This document shows positions 27,812 through 36,395 of a stretch of 56,394 nucleotides of DNA, one piece after another. Each line of letters opens with the position of its first letter. Positions within the stretch are counted from its first letter, which is position 1. A program made the position numbers and the translations under genes. Location: the IMG/VR virus record IMGVR_UViG_3300045974_000588, one strand, 5' to 3'. The DNA comes from an uncultured virus (IMG/VR IMGVR_UViG_3300045974_000588). Lineage: Duplodnaviria > Heunggongvirae > Uroviricota > Caudoviricetes. Below the pieces are notes generated by a model, which made no database searches, was not told the DNA's origin, and saw nothing but the letters and a program-made list of their open reading frames with translations.

Positions 27812-28840
27812 ATGGCTAAGTTTAGGATTCGAGCAATAGACATTCAACTTGATCACGATCGTAGTCATCAGCGTGAGTACCAGCAGCAACGTGATCAGCA
27901 GAATCCTAAGCCAAGCAAAGAACCTGGATTTGATCCAGACACTCAGAATGCTCATGGCAAAGAGAACAGAGAGAAAGCAAAGAAAGTTCAGAACGCTTTG
28001 ACTAGATATTTTCACACAGTGGTAGAAGAGCTTGGCCTTGAAGCTTACCTATCCAAACACACAGTCAAAGATTTGATGGATGAAGCTGGTGGAGAATTAA
28101 GAGCCAAAAAGGTTCAGCTTCGTAGTAAGCTGGATGAGTATTTCAAGAGCATTGAAAAGCAAGCGCCAGATGCAGCTAACGCATTTATTTCTGAACCAAG
28201 TGCCAAAGACAATCAACCGCACGGAAAGAATGTTATTCAGTGGCTTGATCGTGGCGTTATCGCTAGATACCGAATCGCAGCCCTGAAAGAGTTGAATTCA
28301 AAACACGGCGTTAAAGGTGTCTCTCCTAGGACTTTGGTTGCCACTTTTAAGAATAAGCGAGCAACTGTAAACTACCTGGACGCCGTTCGATTGGATGCAG
28401 TAGCAAAGACTCTTAACATTCTTTTAAAAGAATACATTAAGTTTGGCCTCTTAGTAAAGCATGCCCACTGGAATACAAAAGGCTCTACATTCAGCGGATT
28501 GCATCCACTTTATGATTCTACTTATGAGCATGCGCTAGAGGCTCAAGATCTAATTGCTGAAAGAAGTGTACAGCTAGGAATCCCAGCAGAAGGAACAGTA
28601 GATCAGATTTGCGGATCTCTTGTTATGCTGTATGGCCCTCAAGACATGGGATTCATGGAACTTGGCTACGTGGCTGAAGTTACCAGAAAAGCCAAAGAGC
28701 TTAGCACACTTCTTCATAGCTACTTAGAAATCATGACGAACTTTGATAACACAACTGCTGATGTGATGATCGAGATATCTCGTCAGTTGGATAAAGACCT
28801 ATGGATGATTGAAGCACACATCGAACAGGTGAAAGCATGA
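27812..28840 (+). CDS. dps: Dps (mini-ferritin) domain fused to ~190-aa unknown N-terminal region
   Basis: HAHWNTKG..F..LH..YD...D.IAER...LG.P and D..TAD.......DK.LWM: Dps ferroxidase signature in the C-terminal half. Confidence 0.85.
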   Translation: MAKFRIRAIDIQLDHDRSHQREYQQQRDQQNPKPSKEPGFDPDTQNAHGKENREKAKKVQNALTRYFHTVVEELGLEAYLSKHTVKDLMDEAGGELRAKKVQLRSKLDEYFKSIEKQAPDAANAFISEPSAKDNQPHGKNVIQWLDRGVIARYRIAALKELNSKHGVKGVSPRTLVATFKNKRATVNYLDAVRLDAVAKTLNILLKEYIKFGLLVKHAHWNTKGSTFSGLHPLYDSTYEHALEAQDLIAERSVQLGIPAEGTVDQICGSLVMLYGPQDMGFMELGYVAEVTRKAKELSTLLHSYLEIMTNFDNTTADVMIEISRQLDKDLWMIEAHIEQVKA

Positions 28841-29049
28841 AACTGGCTATTCGGATTGCAGTAAGGAGAGCTACTAAAACCTACGAGGATTTAGAGCTTG
28901 CTTACACTGCATTGAAGAATGCCCATAACGAATTGATTCTAGCCGTTCAAGTGATGCCCAGCTCTCCAAATCTTACTGAGTTGGTTGAAAAGGTAGCAAA
29001 CGAAATTTCTGACTTTGAAAAAGAGCATTTTGTAAAGACGAGGAGTTAG
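28837..29049 (+). CDS. Small hypothetical protein (loose leader MKLAIRIA)
   Basis: ATGA coupling. Confidence 0.6.
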   Translation: MKLAIRIAVRRATKTYEDLELAYTALKNAHNELILAVQVMPSSPNLTELVEKVANEISDFEKEHFVKTRS

Positions 29050-29050
29050 C

Positions 29051-29788
29051 ATGTCATTCTTCAGAACAGGTTCATGGTCGGCTGATAAAGCCATTCAGAC
29101 TTTTGGCAAGGCTTCAATTGCTGGTATGAAGCGTCATGCGTCCATTAGCACCCCGATTGGAGAATGTGACATTTCTTGGCTGGAAGCTGCAGCGTCAGCC
29201 TACAGAATATCAGCAGACCCTTACAACTACGTTTTCAGTGTAAATAGAATTGTAGTTGCTGATGTCCCAAATCGGAACATGGACGCTTTCCCTAAAGCAG
29301 AGCTCCTCAAGTTCCATGGAACGGCTGGTCGTCCAGTTTATCAGACCTTCATTGGCAAGCCTCTTTACCTTGAGCACAACCAAGTTCCAGATGATGCTCG
29401 TGGTGTTATCTTCAAGTCATTCTTAGTAAGCGAAGGACCTTATCTGGTGGTTTTAAACTTGGTGGGAGCTGATACAAAGAAAGACGGTCAGCTTTCCGAA
29501 GATATCAGAACTGGTCGTCGGCCATTCTTCTCAATGGGTTGTTTAGCTGATGCAGTAGAATGCCCTTACTGCAAGAAAGTGGCTCGAGATACCACTGAAT
29601 TCTGCCAGCACATTTCCAAGCAGCTTGGTCAAGTGATGGGAAATCAGTTAATTTATGAAATCCTTAGAGATATTACATTCATTGAAGAATCTAGCGTTGC
29701 TGATCCAGCGGCTTTAATCGCTGGCAAAACAAACATGGATCTTCAGAGTGGCAGAGCAGTACCTCCTAAACAATACCAGACATTCTAA
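29051..29788 (+). CDS. Prohead (head maturation) protease
   Basis: NRNMDAF, GKPLYLEH (His), FSMG (Ser) followed by CxxC..CxH insert, EESSVADPA; HK97/assemblin-like motif order; downstream of portal. Confidence 0.75.
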   Translation: MSFFRTGSWSADKAIQTFGKASIAGMKRHASISTPIGECDISWLEAAASAYRISADPYNYVFSVNRIVVADVPNRNMDAFPKAELLKFHGTAGRPVYQTFIGKPLYLEHNQVPDDARGVIFKSFLVSEGPYLVVLNLVGADTKKDGQLSEDIRTGRRPFFSMGCLADAVECPYCKKVARDTTEFCQHISKQLGQVMGNQLIYEILRDITFIEESSVADPAALIAGKTNMDLQSGRAVPPKQYQTF

Positions 29789-29797
29789 GAGGCTCGT

Positions 29798-30244
29798 ATG
29801 GTTAAGCTAAAAGTAGTAGCTGCTCGACCTGAAATTCCGATGAAATCACCTTTGAAAGATCTAGAGGATAGCACAGCTGTGCATATCTTCGACGAACTTC
29901 GCAAAGAGATGAGAATTCCCACCGACCTCCTCAAAGGTACTCCTACGGTAACTCGTAGGGGAGGCTCGAATGGCGATTACATCTATGTCAAGTGTGGCTG
30001 TGATGTAAGCAAGCTTGGAATCTTCGAGTGGGTTATTGCTTCTTGCGATATTGAATTCTCAATCGCCTCTTATTCCAAGCCTGATGAGGTTGGATACTGG
30101 GGCCGAGCTCAGCTACATTACAAGCATCCAGATGGTGGAAGCAATGGAAGTGAGGTTGGAAGCTACAACCTCGATGGCGAATTTAAAATCTTGAAAAGTA
30201 GTGTTAACCGGGACAGAAGCAGTTCCGCAACTCGTTGGGATTAG
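29798..30244 (+). CDS. Hypothetical protein (loose leader MVKLKVVA)
   Basis: RBS GAGG; co-oriented. Confidence 0.65.
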   Translation: MVKLKVVAARPEIPMKSPLKDLEDSTAVHIFDELRKEMRIPTDLLKGTPTVTRRGGSNGDYIYVKCGCDVSKLGIFEWVIASCDIEFSIASYSKPDEVGYWGRAQLHYKHPDGGSNGSEVGSYNLDGEFKILKSSVNRDRSSSATRWD

Positions 30245-30246
30245 CC

Positions 30247-30735
30247 ATGCGACTTAGGATCAAAGCCAATTTCAAAGCTGAACGGTCTCCTGCTAAGAAA
30301 AAGTGGGATCCAACTATCAAGCATAAGAAAGAAGTAAAAGTATTGATTCCTGATGTTCTTTTGAAGGGAACGTATCAGGATCTGATTGCTGATGTAGTAC
30401 TAGATCCGGTCTCCAATGGCTATGATGCAGTTGTGGAAGTAATGGGGCACAAAGTCAGAGCGTGGGGTCAGAAGATTAAAGAAGCTCAAGATGAGCTTAC
30501 TAGAAAAGTACAGGACCTCGTTAAAGAGATGGGTTGGGATGTAGCTCCTCCATCACACTACGATTCTTACGGAGCCAAAGTAAGAAAGATTTCTTCCAAC
30601 AAGTCTCAGTTCACCATTAGACTTGTAAAGGCAGAATGTGGAGAGAAAAGGTGCCCTAAGTGTGGCAAGAACATTGTAGAAACTGACGGCCGCTGCGTTT
30701 GCACTGGTTGTGGAGCAGATGGAGAAGAGGAATGA
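30247..30735 (+). CDS. Hypothetical protein with MRLRIKANFK leader and C-terminal zinc ribbon
   Basis: Start re-placed to ATG 30247; CPKC...CTGC. Confidence 0.7.
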   Translation: MRLRIKANFKAERSPAKKKWDPTIKHKKEVKVLIPDVLLKGTYQDLIADVVLDPVSNGYDAVVEVMGHKVRAWGQKIKEAQDELTRKVQDLVKEMGWDVAPPSHYDSYGAKVRKISSNKSQFTIRLVKAECGEKRCPKCGKNIVETDGRCVCTGCGADGEEE

Positions 30736-31325
30736 AACTTACTATCAAAGCTGACACAACTCGCTTAATCGACTTGCCAGGAGTTAGAAAGTGGAAAGAA
30801 CCTCTTTCTGATACTCACTACAAAGTTATAGAGAAGGGCGAAGGATTCTACATACTACAGTGGGGTAACGATCCAGCTTGCAAGTGGGTTCCAGCTACTG
30901 GTGACAAATCATATGGCATTGTAATCGATGGTTTAGAGTACGAGTTTGCTGGAAACATTCCAGTTCCAGAAAAAGTAAAGAAGAATGGCCCAAAAACTTG
31001 GATTGAACAGACTGAGGAATTGGCTCCAGCTCTAGCAAAGAAATCTTTTGTATTCGTTCCTCCAGCTCCAACGTTAGAAAAGCTAACGGCAAAGCCGGGA
31101 AAGCATAGAATTTCTTCAGTAGCTAGAAAGACTGTAAATAAAGCAGACAAAAGTGTAGCTCAAGAATGGTTTAACAATCAGCGACAAGCGGGAAAGAGAG
31201 TCTTCTATCAACCTAATGGAAAAGCAATTCAGATGTTCGCTTCTAGTAGGCGTGAAGTTGTAGAGCGAGAAATTGGATCTGTAGAATCCCTCACGCTCCA
31301 ACAGTTCAAAAAGATTTTCGGATAA
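30732..31325 (+). CDS. Hypothetical protein with MKLTIKAD leader
   Basis: Start re-placed to ATG 30732 (ATGA overlap, purine-rich RBS). Confidence 0.7.
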   Translation: MKLTIKADTTRLIDLPGVRKWKEPLSDTHYKVIEKGEGFYILQWGNDPACKWVPATGDKSYGIVIDGLEYEFAGNIPVPEKVKKNGPKTWIEQTEELAPALAKKSFVFVPPAPTLEKLTAKPGKHRISSVARKTVNKADKSVAQEWFNNQRQAGKRVFYQPNGKAIQMFASSRREVVEREIGSVESLTLQQFKKIFG

Positions 31326-31999
31326 TGCCCATTGTTGGTATTTACCAGATTTTGAATAAATTAACTAATCAAAGTTATGTTGGAAGTTCTGTTAGAATCA
31401 AAAAACGATTCTATAATCATAGATCCGATTTAAAAACCAATAGACACCATTCAATCAAACTGCAACGAGCTTGGAATAAGTATGGTCCGGATGTGTGGGA
31501 ATGGAATATTCTCCAAGAGTGTGAAGAAAGTCAACTTACGTGGTTAGAAGCGTTTTGGATAGCTAAGTTAAATTCGTTCTGTAATGGCTATAACATTGAA
31601 GAACTTACTTTAGGTGATGGGGTTTTAGTCAGACGACGACACCACACAGATGAAGCAAAAGCTAAGATGCGTGGGAGAAAAGTATCCGAAGAAACAAGAA
31701 ATAAAATACGAGAAGCTAGAGCAAAACAAGTTTTTACAGAAGAAATAAACGCTAAGCGACGTGGACAGAAGAGATCTGAAGAAACTTTGGCTAAAATGCG
31801 TGGAAGAAAAGTATCCGAAGAAACCAAAGAAAAACATAAACGACCACAAACTGAAGAAGCCAAGCTAAAAATCAGCTTGGCTAATAGAGGTCAAGTAAGA
31901 TCTCAAGAAACTAGATTAAAGATGCAAGAATCTTGGATTAAACGAAAGCTAAACAACCTTCAAGTAGTGATTGATTGTGAACCTAACATCAGGTTCTAA
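31325..31999 (+). CDS. GIY-YIG homing endonuclease with NUMOD3-like repeats
   Basis: GIYQI...YVGSS..I..R...H, E..WI, GYN; repeated RGRKVSEET units (35-bp imperfect direct repeat at 31661-31695 and 31790-31824). Confidence 0.9.
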   Translation: MPIVGIYQILNKLTNQSYVGSSVRIKKRFYNHRSDLKTNRHHSIKLQRAWNKYGPDVWEWNILQECEESQLTWLEAFWIAKLNSFCNGYNIEELTLGDGVLVRRRHHTDEAKAKMRGRKVSEETRNKIREARAKQVFTEEINAKRRGQKRSEETLAKMRGRKVSEETKEKHKRPQTEEAKLKISLANRGQVRSQETRLKMQESWIKRKLNNLQVVIDCEPNIRF

Positions 32000-32671
32000 A
32001 TCCTTGAAGTTTGTAGAAGCATAATCCATATAGTCTCTTGGGACTTGGGACCATTCCATGCCTTTGTATTTTCCGAACTCCACATATTTAAGAAGAGTTG
32101 GCTGGAGAGTCCAATCGAGAAGAGTTTGAAGATCCATTGTAGGAGAACTAGCAATGATCAGCTTCAGCATGTGTTCAAGATTCTTAGCCGTCACAATTGC
32201 ATCGTAAAGAGCACGATGGGCATGAGTGGCACCAATCTGCTCAAGCTCAGCGATCTTCTTCAGACCAAAGAAGTAGCGTAGAAACTGATTGGATGAATAA
32301 GCACTCTCGGGCCACATCTTTCTGAAAAGGCGCCTAGTGCATAAGACTGGATCTTGGAAAAGAACAAACTTGGTATCGAAAACAGCGTTATGAGCTACTG
32401 AACAATCACAATTCCACTGGAAATCCGAAAGCCATACATTAAGTAATGGTGCATCAGCTACATCCTCATCAACTATGTGGTGCTGAGCAGATGAATCTGG
32501 TGGAATCGGCATTTCAGGGTTGATAAGAGAGTGCTTCCAAGTGAGAGGCTCTCCAAGTTTCATCCAAACTGTAGCCATTTCCACTACTCTGTCGTTGCCC
32601 GCGTCTTTCTGGCCACCCAGCCCAGTAGTTTCTAAGTCCACAATTCCAAAACGAACATCAGTTAGCAGCAT
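31949..32671 (-). CDS. DEDDh 3'-5' exonuclease (ExoX/DnaQ-like) with C-terminal FGKYKG module
   Basis: DLETTG, AHNAVFD, AHRALYD; FGKYKG...VP.DY..Y. Confidence 0.9.
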   Translation of the reverse strand: MLLTDVRFGIVDLETTGLGGQKDAGNDRVVEMATVWMKLGEPLTWKHSLINPEMPIPPDSSAQHHIVDEDVADAPLLNVWLSDFQWNCDCSVAHNAVFDTKFVLFQDPVLCTRRLFRKMWPESAYSSNQFLRYFFGLKKIAELEQIGATHAHRALYDAIVTAKNLEHMLKLIIASSPTMDLQTLLDWTLQPTLLKYVEFGKYKGMEWSQVPRDYMDYASTNFKDLEPDVRFTINHYLKVV

Positions 32672-32861
32672 ATAGCTCCTCGGAAGTACAATTTACTAAC
32701 CGAATTCGATATGAATTTGAAATAATTTTTGATTGTACTAAATTCCGAGTAACCTCCCAAGATCTAGGGAAGCAGTATACGGTTAGATTGGAATTAGATC
32801 CTATTTTGATACGATTAGTTAGTTCTTACTATAGTAGTACAAGGGTTTACAAAAGTTGCCC

Positions 32862-32892
32862 CTTGATCTCTAGAGAAGTAAACCTATATTGA
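32862..32892 (+). promoter_or_regulatory. Sigma70-like promoter, same class as 8815
   Basis: TTGATC 32863-32868, 16 nt, AAACC-TATATT 32885-32890. Confidence 0.7.
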
Positions 32893-32951
32893 CAAATTGG
32901 AGGTCAGGTCAAATGGTCAATTCATTCCCAACCACAACCCAAGGAGGTCAA

Positions 32952-33365
32952 ATGGACTTTGTCCAAGTGCCTGTTGTTACAGAGCTAGCTCCTTTAGCTC
33001 TTCGGATATCTGCGATGCTCATTGAGCATGGTCAATCTTTTGCTAATCAGTTGGAGTCAATCTTAAATGGCTCTCTTAAAGTTTCTAAGTTTGTTTCAAG
33101 ACCTAAGCGAACCTTCAGGCTAGCAATTGAAGGTTCAGAAGATTTTAGCATGGTTAACGCGGAATTGAAGCGCACCAACCCTTCTGAATTCCATCGTCAG
33201 TATAATAACTTCAGAAACGAATACATTAGCAAGTATGCGGCTGAGCACAAAGTTTGTGCAAAGTGTCTCAGTAATCCACTAAAAGTTAAGAATGGCAGAA
33301 CTTACAAAGTCTGCGAAGGTTGTTCAGCTTACTACGGACTAAAAGCTAAGAACGGGAGGCACTAA
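32952..33365 (+). CDS. Hypothetical protein with C-terminal CxxC-CxxC
   Basis: Start placed at ATG after AAGGAGG (MDFVQV...); the track's TTG start lies in the promoter. Confidence 0.6.
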   Translation: MDFVQVPVVTELAPLALRISAMLIEHGQSFANQLESILNGSLKVSKFVSRPKRTFRLAIEGSEDFSMVNAELKRTNPSEFHRQYNNFRNEYISKYAAEHKVCAKCLSNPLKVKNGRTYKVCEGCSAYYGLKAKNGRH

Positions 33366-33676
33366 TGCTCATTCCTTTCATCAATCACCCAAAGTCGAAG
33401 ACTCAAAAAGCTCCGGCTAACTACACAACCTTTCAGTTGAAATCCGTCAAAGCTATCACAGAACTCGCAGAATTTGCTTACTTCGTTACCATCGATAGTG
33501 TCGTATTGCTTGATCATGAAAATCTGCATCCTACTAACGTGCTCTGGTATGATATCTATGGCAACTTGCACGCTAATCGAATTGGCGTAAAGCGCTTGCT
33601 GCACAAAGTTCAAACGGGCCAGTCGACTGAATTGGTTGGTATTCCTCAGGCCGTAATCGAATCTCGAACAAACTAA
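33365..33676 (+). CDS. Hypothetical protein
   Basis: RBS GGAGG, TAATG coupling. Confidence 0.65.
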   Translation: MLIPFINHPKSKTQKAPANYTTFQLKSVKAITELAEFAYFVTIDSVVLLDHENLHPTNVLWYDIYGNLHANRIGVKRLLHKVQTGQSTELVGIPQAVIESRTN

Positions 33677-33677
33677 C

Positions 33678-33709
33678 AAAAGCAATGGCCCTCAAGTGAG
33701 GGCCATTGC
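33678..33709. terminator. Intrinsic terminator between convergent units
   Basis: Perfect 12-bp stem GCAATGGCCCTC-AAGT-GAGGGCCATTGC; A-run 33678-33681 gives U-tract on minus strand. Confidence 0.8.
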
Positions 33710-33793
33710 CATATCTTGTAGCGCTAGCGCCCTGGGTCAATGTATGGGGTGAAGTAGCGGAAGCCCGTAAACGGGCAGCTACAAGCATCAAAA

Positions 33794-34102
33794 CTAGCGT
33801 TTTGGGCGTTTTGACTTGCGTAGCATGCTAGATGGGATAGCAGCATGGCGAGACGATAGCTTTTCACCTCTAGACAAGTGTGCTTTCAAAGCTGCGTAAT
33901 CTATGTTGTCTTCAGGAGGTAATTCAAGAGTGTAGTTGCAACGACGGGCATATGAATTCCAGTCTTCTCCAGGACGAGGATCTGGATCATTTGAAGTGTC
34001 AGAAACGATTACTTCAGATCCAGTTTCTTTAGCCAGCTCTTGAAGCATTAGAAGAGTAGCAGCTGGAAGAGCTCCTGCGATTAAAATCGTTCCGCGGCTC
34101 AT
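33794..34102 (-). CDS. Hypothetical protein
   Basis: Start re-placed to ATG 34102 (ATGA overlap with topoisomerase A stop); MSRGTILIAG... Confidence 0.6.
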   Translation of the reverse strand: MSRGTILIAGALPAATLLMLQELAKETGSEVIVSDTSNDPDPRPGEDWNSYARRCNYTLELPPEDNIDYAALKAHLSRGEKLSSRHAAIPSSMLRKSKRPKR

Positions 34103-36168
34103 AGTCTGATCACCAACTCGGCGTCCACCGGAATGTTGTTGTCCATGACGATTGATTTGCCGCCCGCTGCGTTCACTACGAAGTTCCTCTTGCCAACGCC
34201 CCAAACTGCCTGTTTAACGGTGTCCTTGGCAACATAGGTCCCCTTACCCTTTTCAAACACTTGCCCCTTGTAGCACCCGTGGATACCAGTAACAGGGGCG
34301 TTCCTAACCCCAAGCAACCTCGGGGTCCAGCCTGCTGCAACTTTCTGCGTGCACTTGGGAAGAAGTTCGTCATATGTCATCTTGATCGTCTTGCCATTGA
34401 AGAACTTGATCAGTAAGATGTCGTCCTTCTCAAGCTGTACAACCATCTGAAGACTGACCTTTGAGAACTGGCGGCTTCCGTGTGATGCTTGCCGGCAAAT
34501 GATTGTGTTGTCTTCACCCAGGCCAACCAAGATGCTTGGTCGATCATGAACTGCAATCAATACCTTCGATTGATCGCGCTCATACGCCATCTTCTTGGGA
34601 AGCTCGTAGACTGAGTAGGTTTCCAAGATACCCTTAACTGAAACCACACCAAACCATTCTGAGCATTCAACTAAGCCAGCGCCAGTAAAGCTCTTGCCGC
34701 GAGTTGGCTGGTCTGCTGTAATTTCCCAGCTCTTCTCGTTTACCACAAACCAATGATTCTTGATCATCTCTTTCTTGAAACTGGGAAGCTTGTCCCGTGT
34801 AGTCCTCTTAGCATTCCGAGGAAGCTTTAAGCTTTCGTAGTAATCAACGAGCTCAGCCAACTGAATGTCAAGTTCGAGATCAGGAGTGGTATCCTTCCAG
34901 CGAGCCACCTTCTCTTCAATTGTCTTGTGCTTGTCCTGGAGATTCGTTTCGTTCAGCTTCAAAACCTGACGAACCTTCAACTCTAAAGCGAAGTCAATCA
35001 TGTTCGCGTCGAGGAACTTGCCCAGCGCTTTCTTAACTTCTTCGATCGTAGGCTGCTGGAGAGCGTCGAGGAACTTCTTCAAATTCTGAATGATCCGGAG
35101 CTGAGTGTCACACTCGAGAAGTTCCTGAGTCGCCTGCTGCAGATGATCCTGAATGCGACGATCCCAAAGCATGATGCGATGTTCACGCCACTTCTCAAGA
35201 ATCTGTTCAACATTCATGAGCTCGATGCGATCATTGTAGATCACGTGGAACTGATAACTTTCTCTAGCACTAATTGCTGGGATGATTCGAGTCTCCAAAA
35301 GACGGGTGTCTTTAAGAGTCAGTTCCAGCTGAATATTCTCACCAGTGAAATCGCTAAGCTCAACCAAATCTTTGTCGATCAGATCGCCCAAGCTCTTGGT
35401 AATTGAAGTTGCACTGATATAGGGTGCATAGCCTGTGATCGTTACCTTCTTACCCTTGTCGTCTACTTCATACTGTGAACAGAATTGAATGCTTCCTTCG
35501 CCAGTAGTGTAAACCTTCTGGATTTCAGCGTCATCAGAAAGGATGAAGCATCCTGATTCTTTCTCAGGGCCTGAAAGCTTCCAAGGCTCTTTCCTATGGA
35601 AGTTCAAAGCAATCTTGGCTATTTCTGTGATTTCGTGAGCGGGAATGTTACCCGAGAAGCCAACTGAAATTCCGCTGTAGCCATTCACCAAGACCATTGG
35701 AAGCGGAGCGGAAAGCACATCCGGCTCTTTGGCCCGTCCATCGAAGTTTGACGAGTAGTCCAAATACTTCTTATCTACAAATTGGTTAAAGCCGATGTCA
35801 GTGACACCAGCTTCTGTGTAACGATACGCTGCAGCTCGATCTCCAAGAATGGAACCGAAGCTACCAACTGACTGAATTAGTGGGTAGCGGATTGACCAAG
35901 GAGTCGCCAAAGCCACTAACGTGGAATAGGCTGAACCGTCACCATGTGGATGATAAAGGCCAATCACATCACCAACGATCCGAGCGCACTTAATAGAACC
36001 ACGCTCAGGCTTTAAACCAAGCTCATGCATTGACCAAAGAATTCTTCGCTGAACTGGCTTCAAACCATCCCGAACATCAGGAATGGCTCGATTGATCGTA
36101 ATGTATTGACCATACTCGGTCATGTTTGCTTTGAGAATGTCTTCAGTTGGTCTTTGCAAGTTCACCAC
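34099..36168 (-). CDS. Type IIA topoisomerase subunit A (GyrA/ParC-like)
   Basis: RAIPDVRDGLKPVQRRIL, YHPHGD, catalytic AAYRYTE, GISVGF..NIP.H; short divergent CTD without a recognisable GyrA-box. Confidence 0.93.
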   Translation of the reverse strand: MVNLQRPTEDILKANMTEYGQYITINRAIPDVRDGLKPVQRRILWSMHELGLKPERGSIKCARIVGDVIGLYHPHGDGSAYSTLVALATPWSIRYPLIQSVGSFGSILGDRAAAYRYTEAGVTDIGFNQFVDKKYLDYSSNFDGRAKEPDVLSAPLPMVLVNGYSGISVGFSGNIPAHEITEIAKIALNFHRKEPWKLSGPEKESGCFILSDDAEIQKVYTTGEGSIQFCSQYEVDDKGKKVTITGYAPYISATSITKSLGDLIDKDLVELSDFTGENIQLELTLKDTRLLETRIIPAISARESYQFHVIYNDRIELMNVEQILEKWREHRIMLWDRRIQDHLQQATQELLECDTQLRIIQNLKKFLDALQQPTIEEVKKALGKFLDANMIDFALELKVRQVLKLNETNLQDKHKTIEEKVARWKDTTPDLELDIQLAELVDYYESLKLPRNAKRTTRDKLPSFKKEMIKNHWFVVNEKSWEITADQPTRGKSFTGAGLVECSEWFGVVSVKGILETYSVYELPKKMAYERDQSKVLIAVHDRPSILVGLGEDNTIICRQASHGSRQFSKVSLQMVVQLEKDDILLIKFFNGKTIKMTYDELLPKCTQKVAAGWTPRLLGVRNAPVTGIHGCYKGQVFEKGKGTYVAKDTVKQAVWGVGKRNFVVNAAGGKSIVMDNNIPVDAELVIRL

Positions 36169-36238
36169 CTAAGGAATGCTTCCTAATGAGTAACCATTTA
36201 TCTCGCGGGATTGCTAGCACTACTTCCCTCCATACCTC

Positions 36239-36267
36239 ATTATATGGTGGGGCTCAGAAATTATCAA
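36239..36267 (-). promoter_or_regulatory. Near-consensus sigma70 promoter for topoisomerase A
   Basis: Minus strand TTGATA-17 nt-TATAAT. Confidence 0.8.
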
Positions 36268-36296
36268 GAGGGGTAAAAATTATTTTGTATTTCCCC

Positions 36297-36325
36297 TTGA
36301 TTGTTCCCCAGACTAAACTTACATT
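36297..36325 (+). promoter_or_regulatory. Sigma70-like promoter for S53 protease
   Basis: TTGATT-17 nt-TACATT, back-to-back with the topoisomerase A promoter. Confidence 0.65.
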
Positions 36326-36395
36326 GGATACAAGCCGGTTATCGGCGGGGTAGGGCCCCCGACCATTAACAGCATTTAAACCAAAGGAGATCAGT

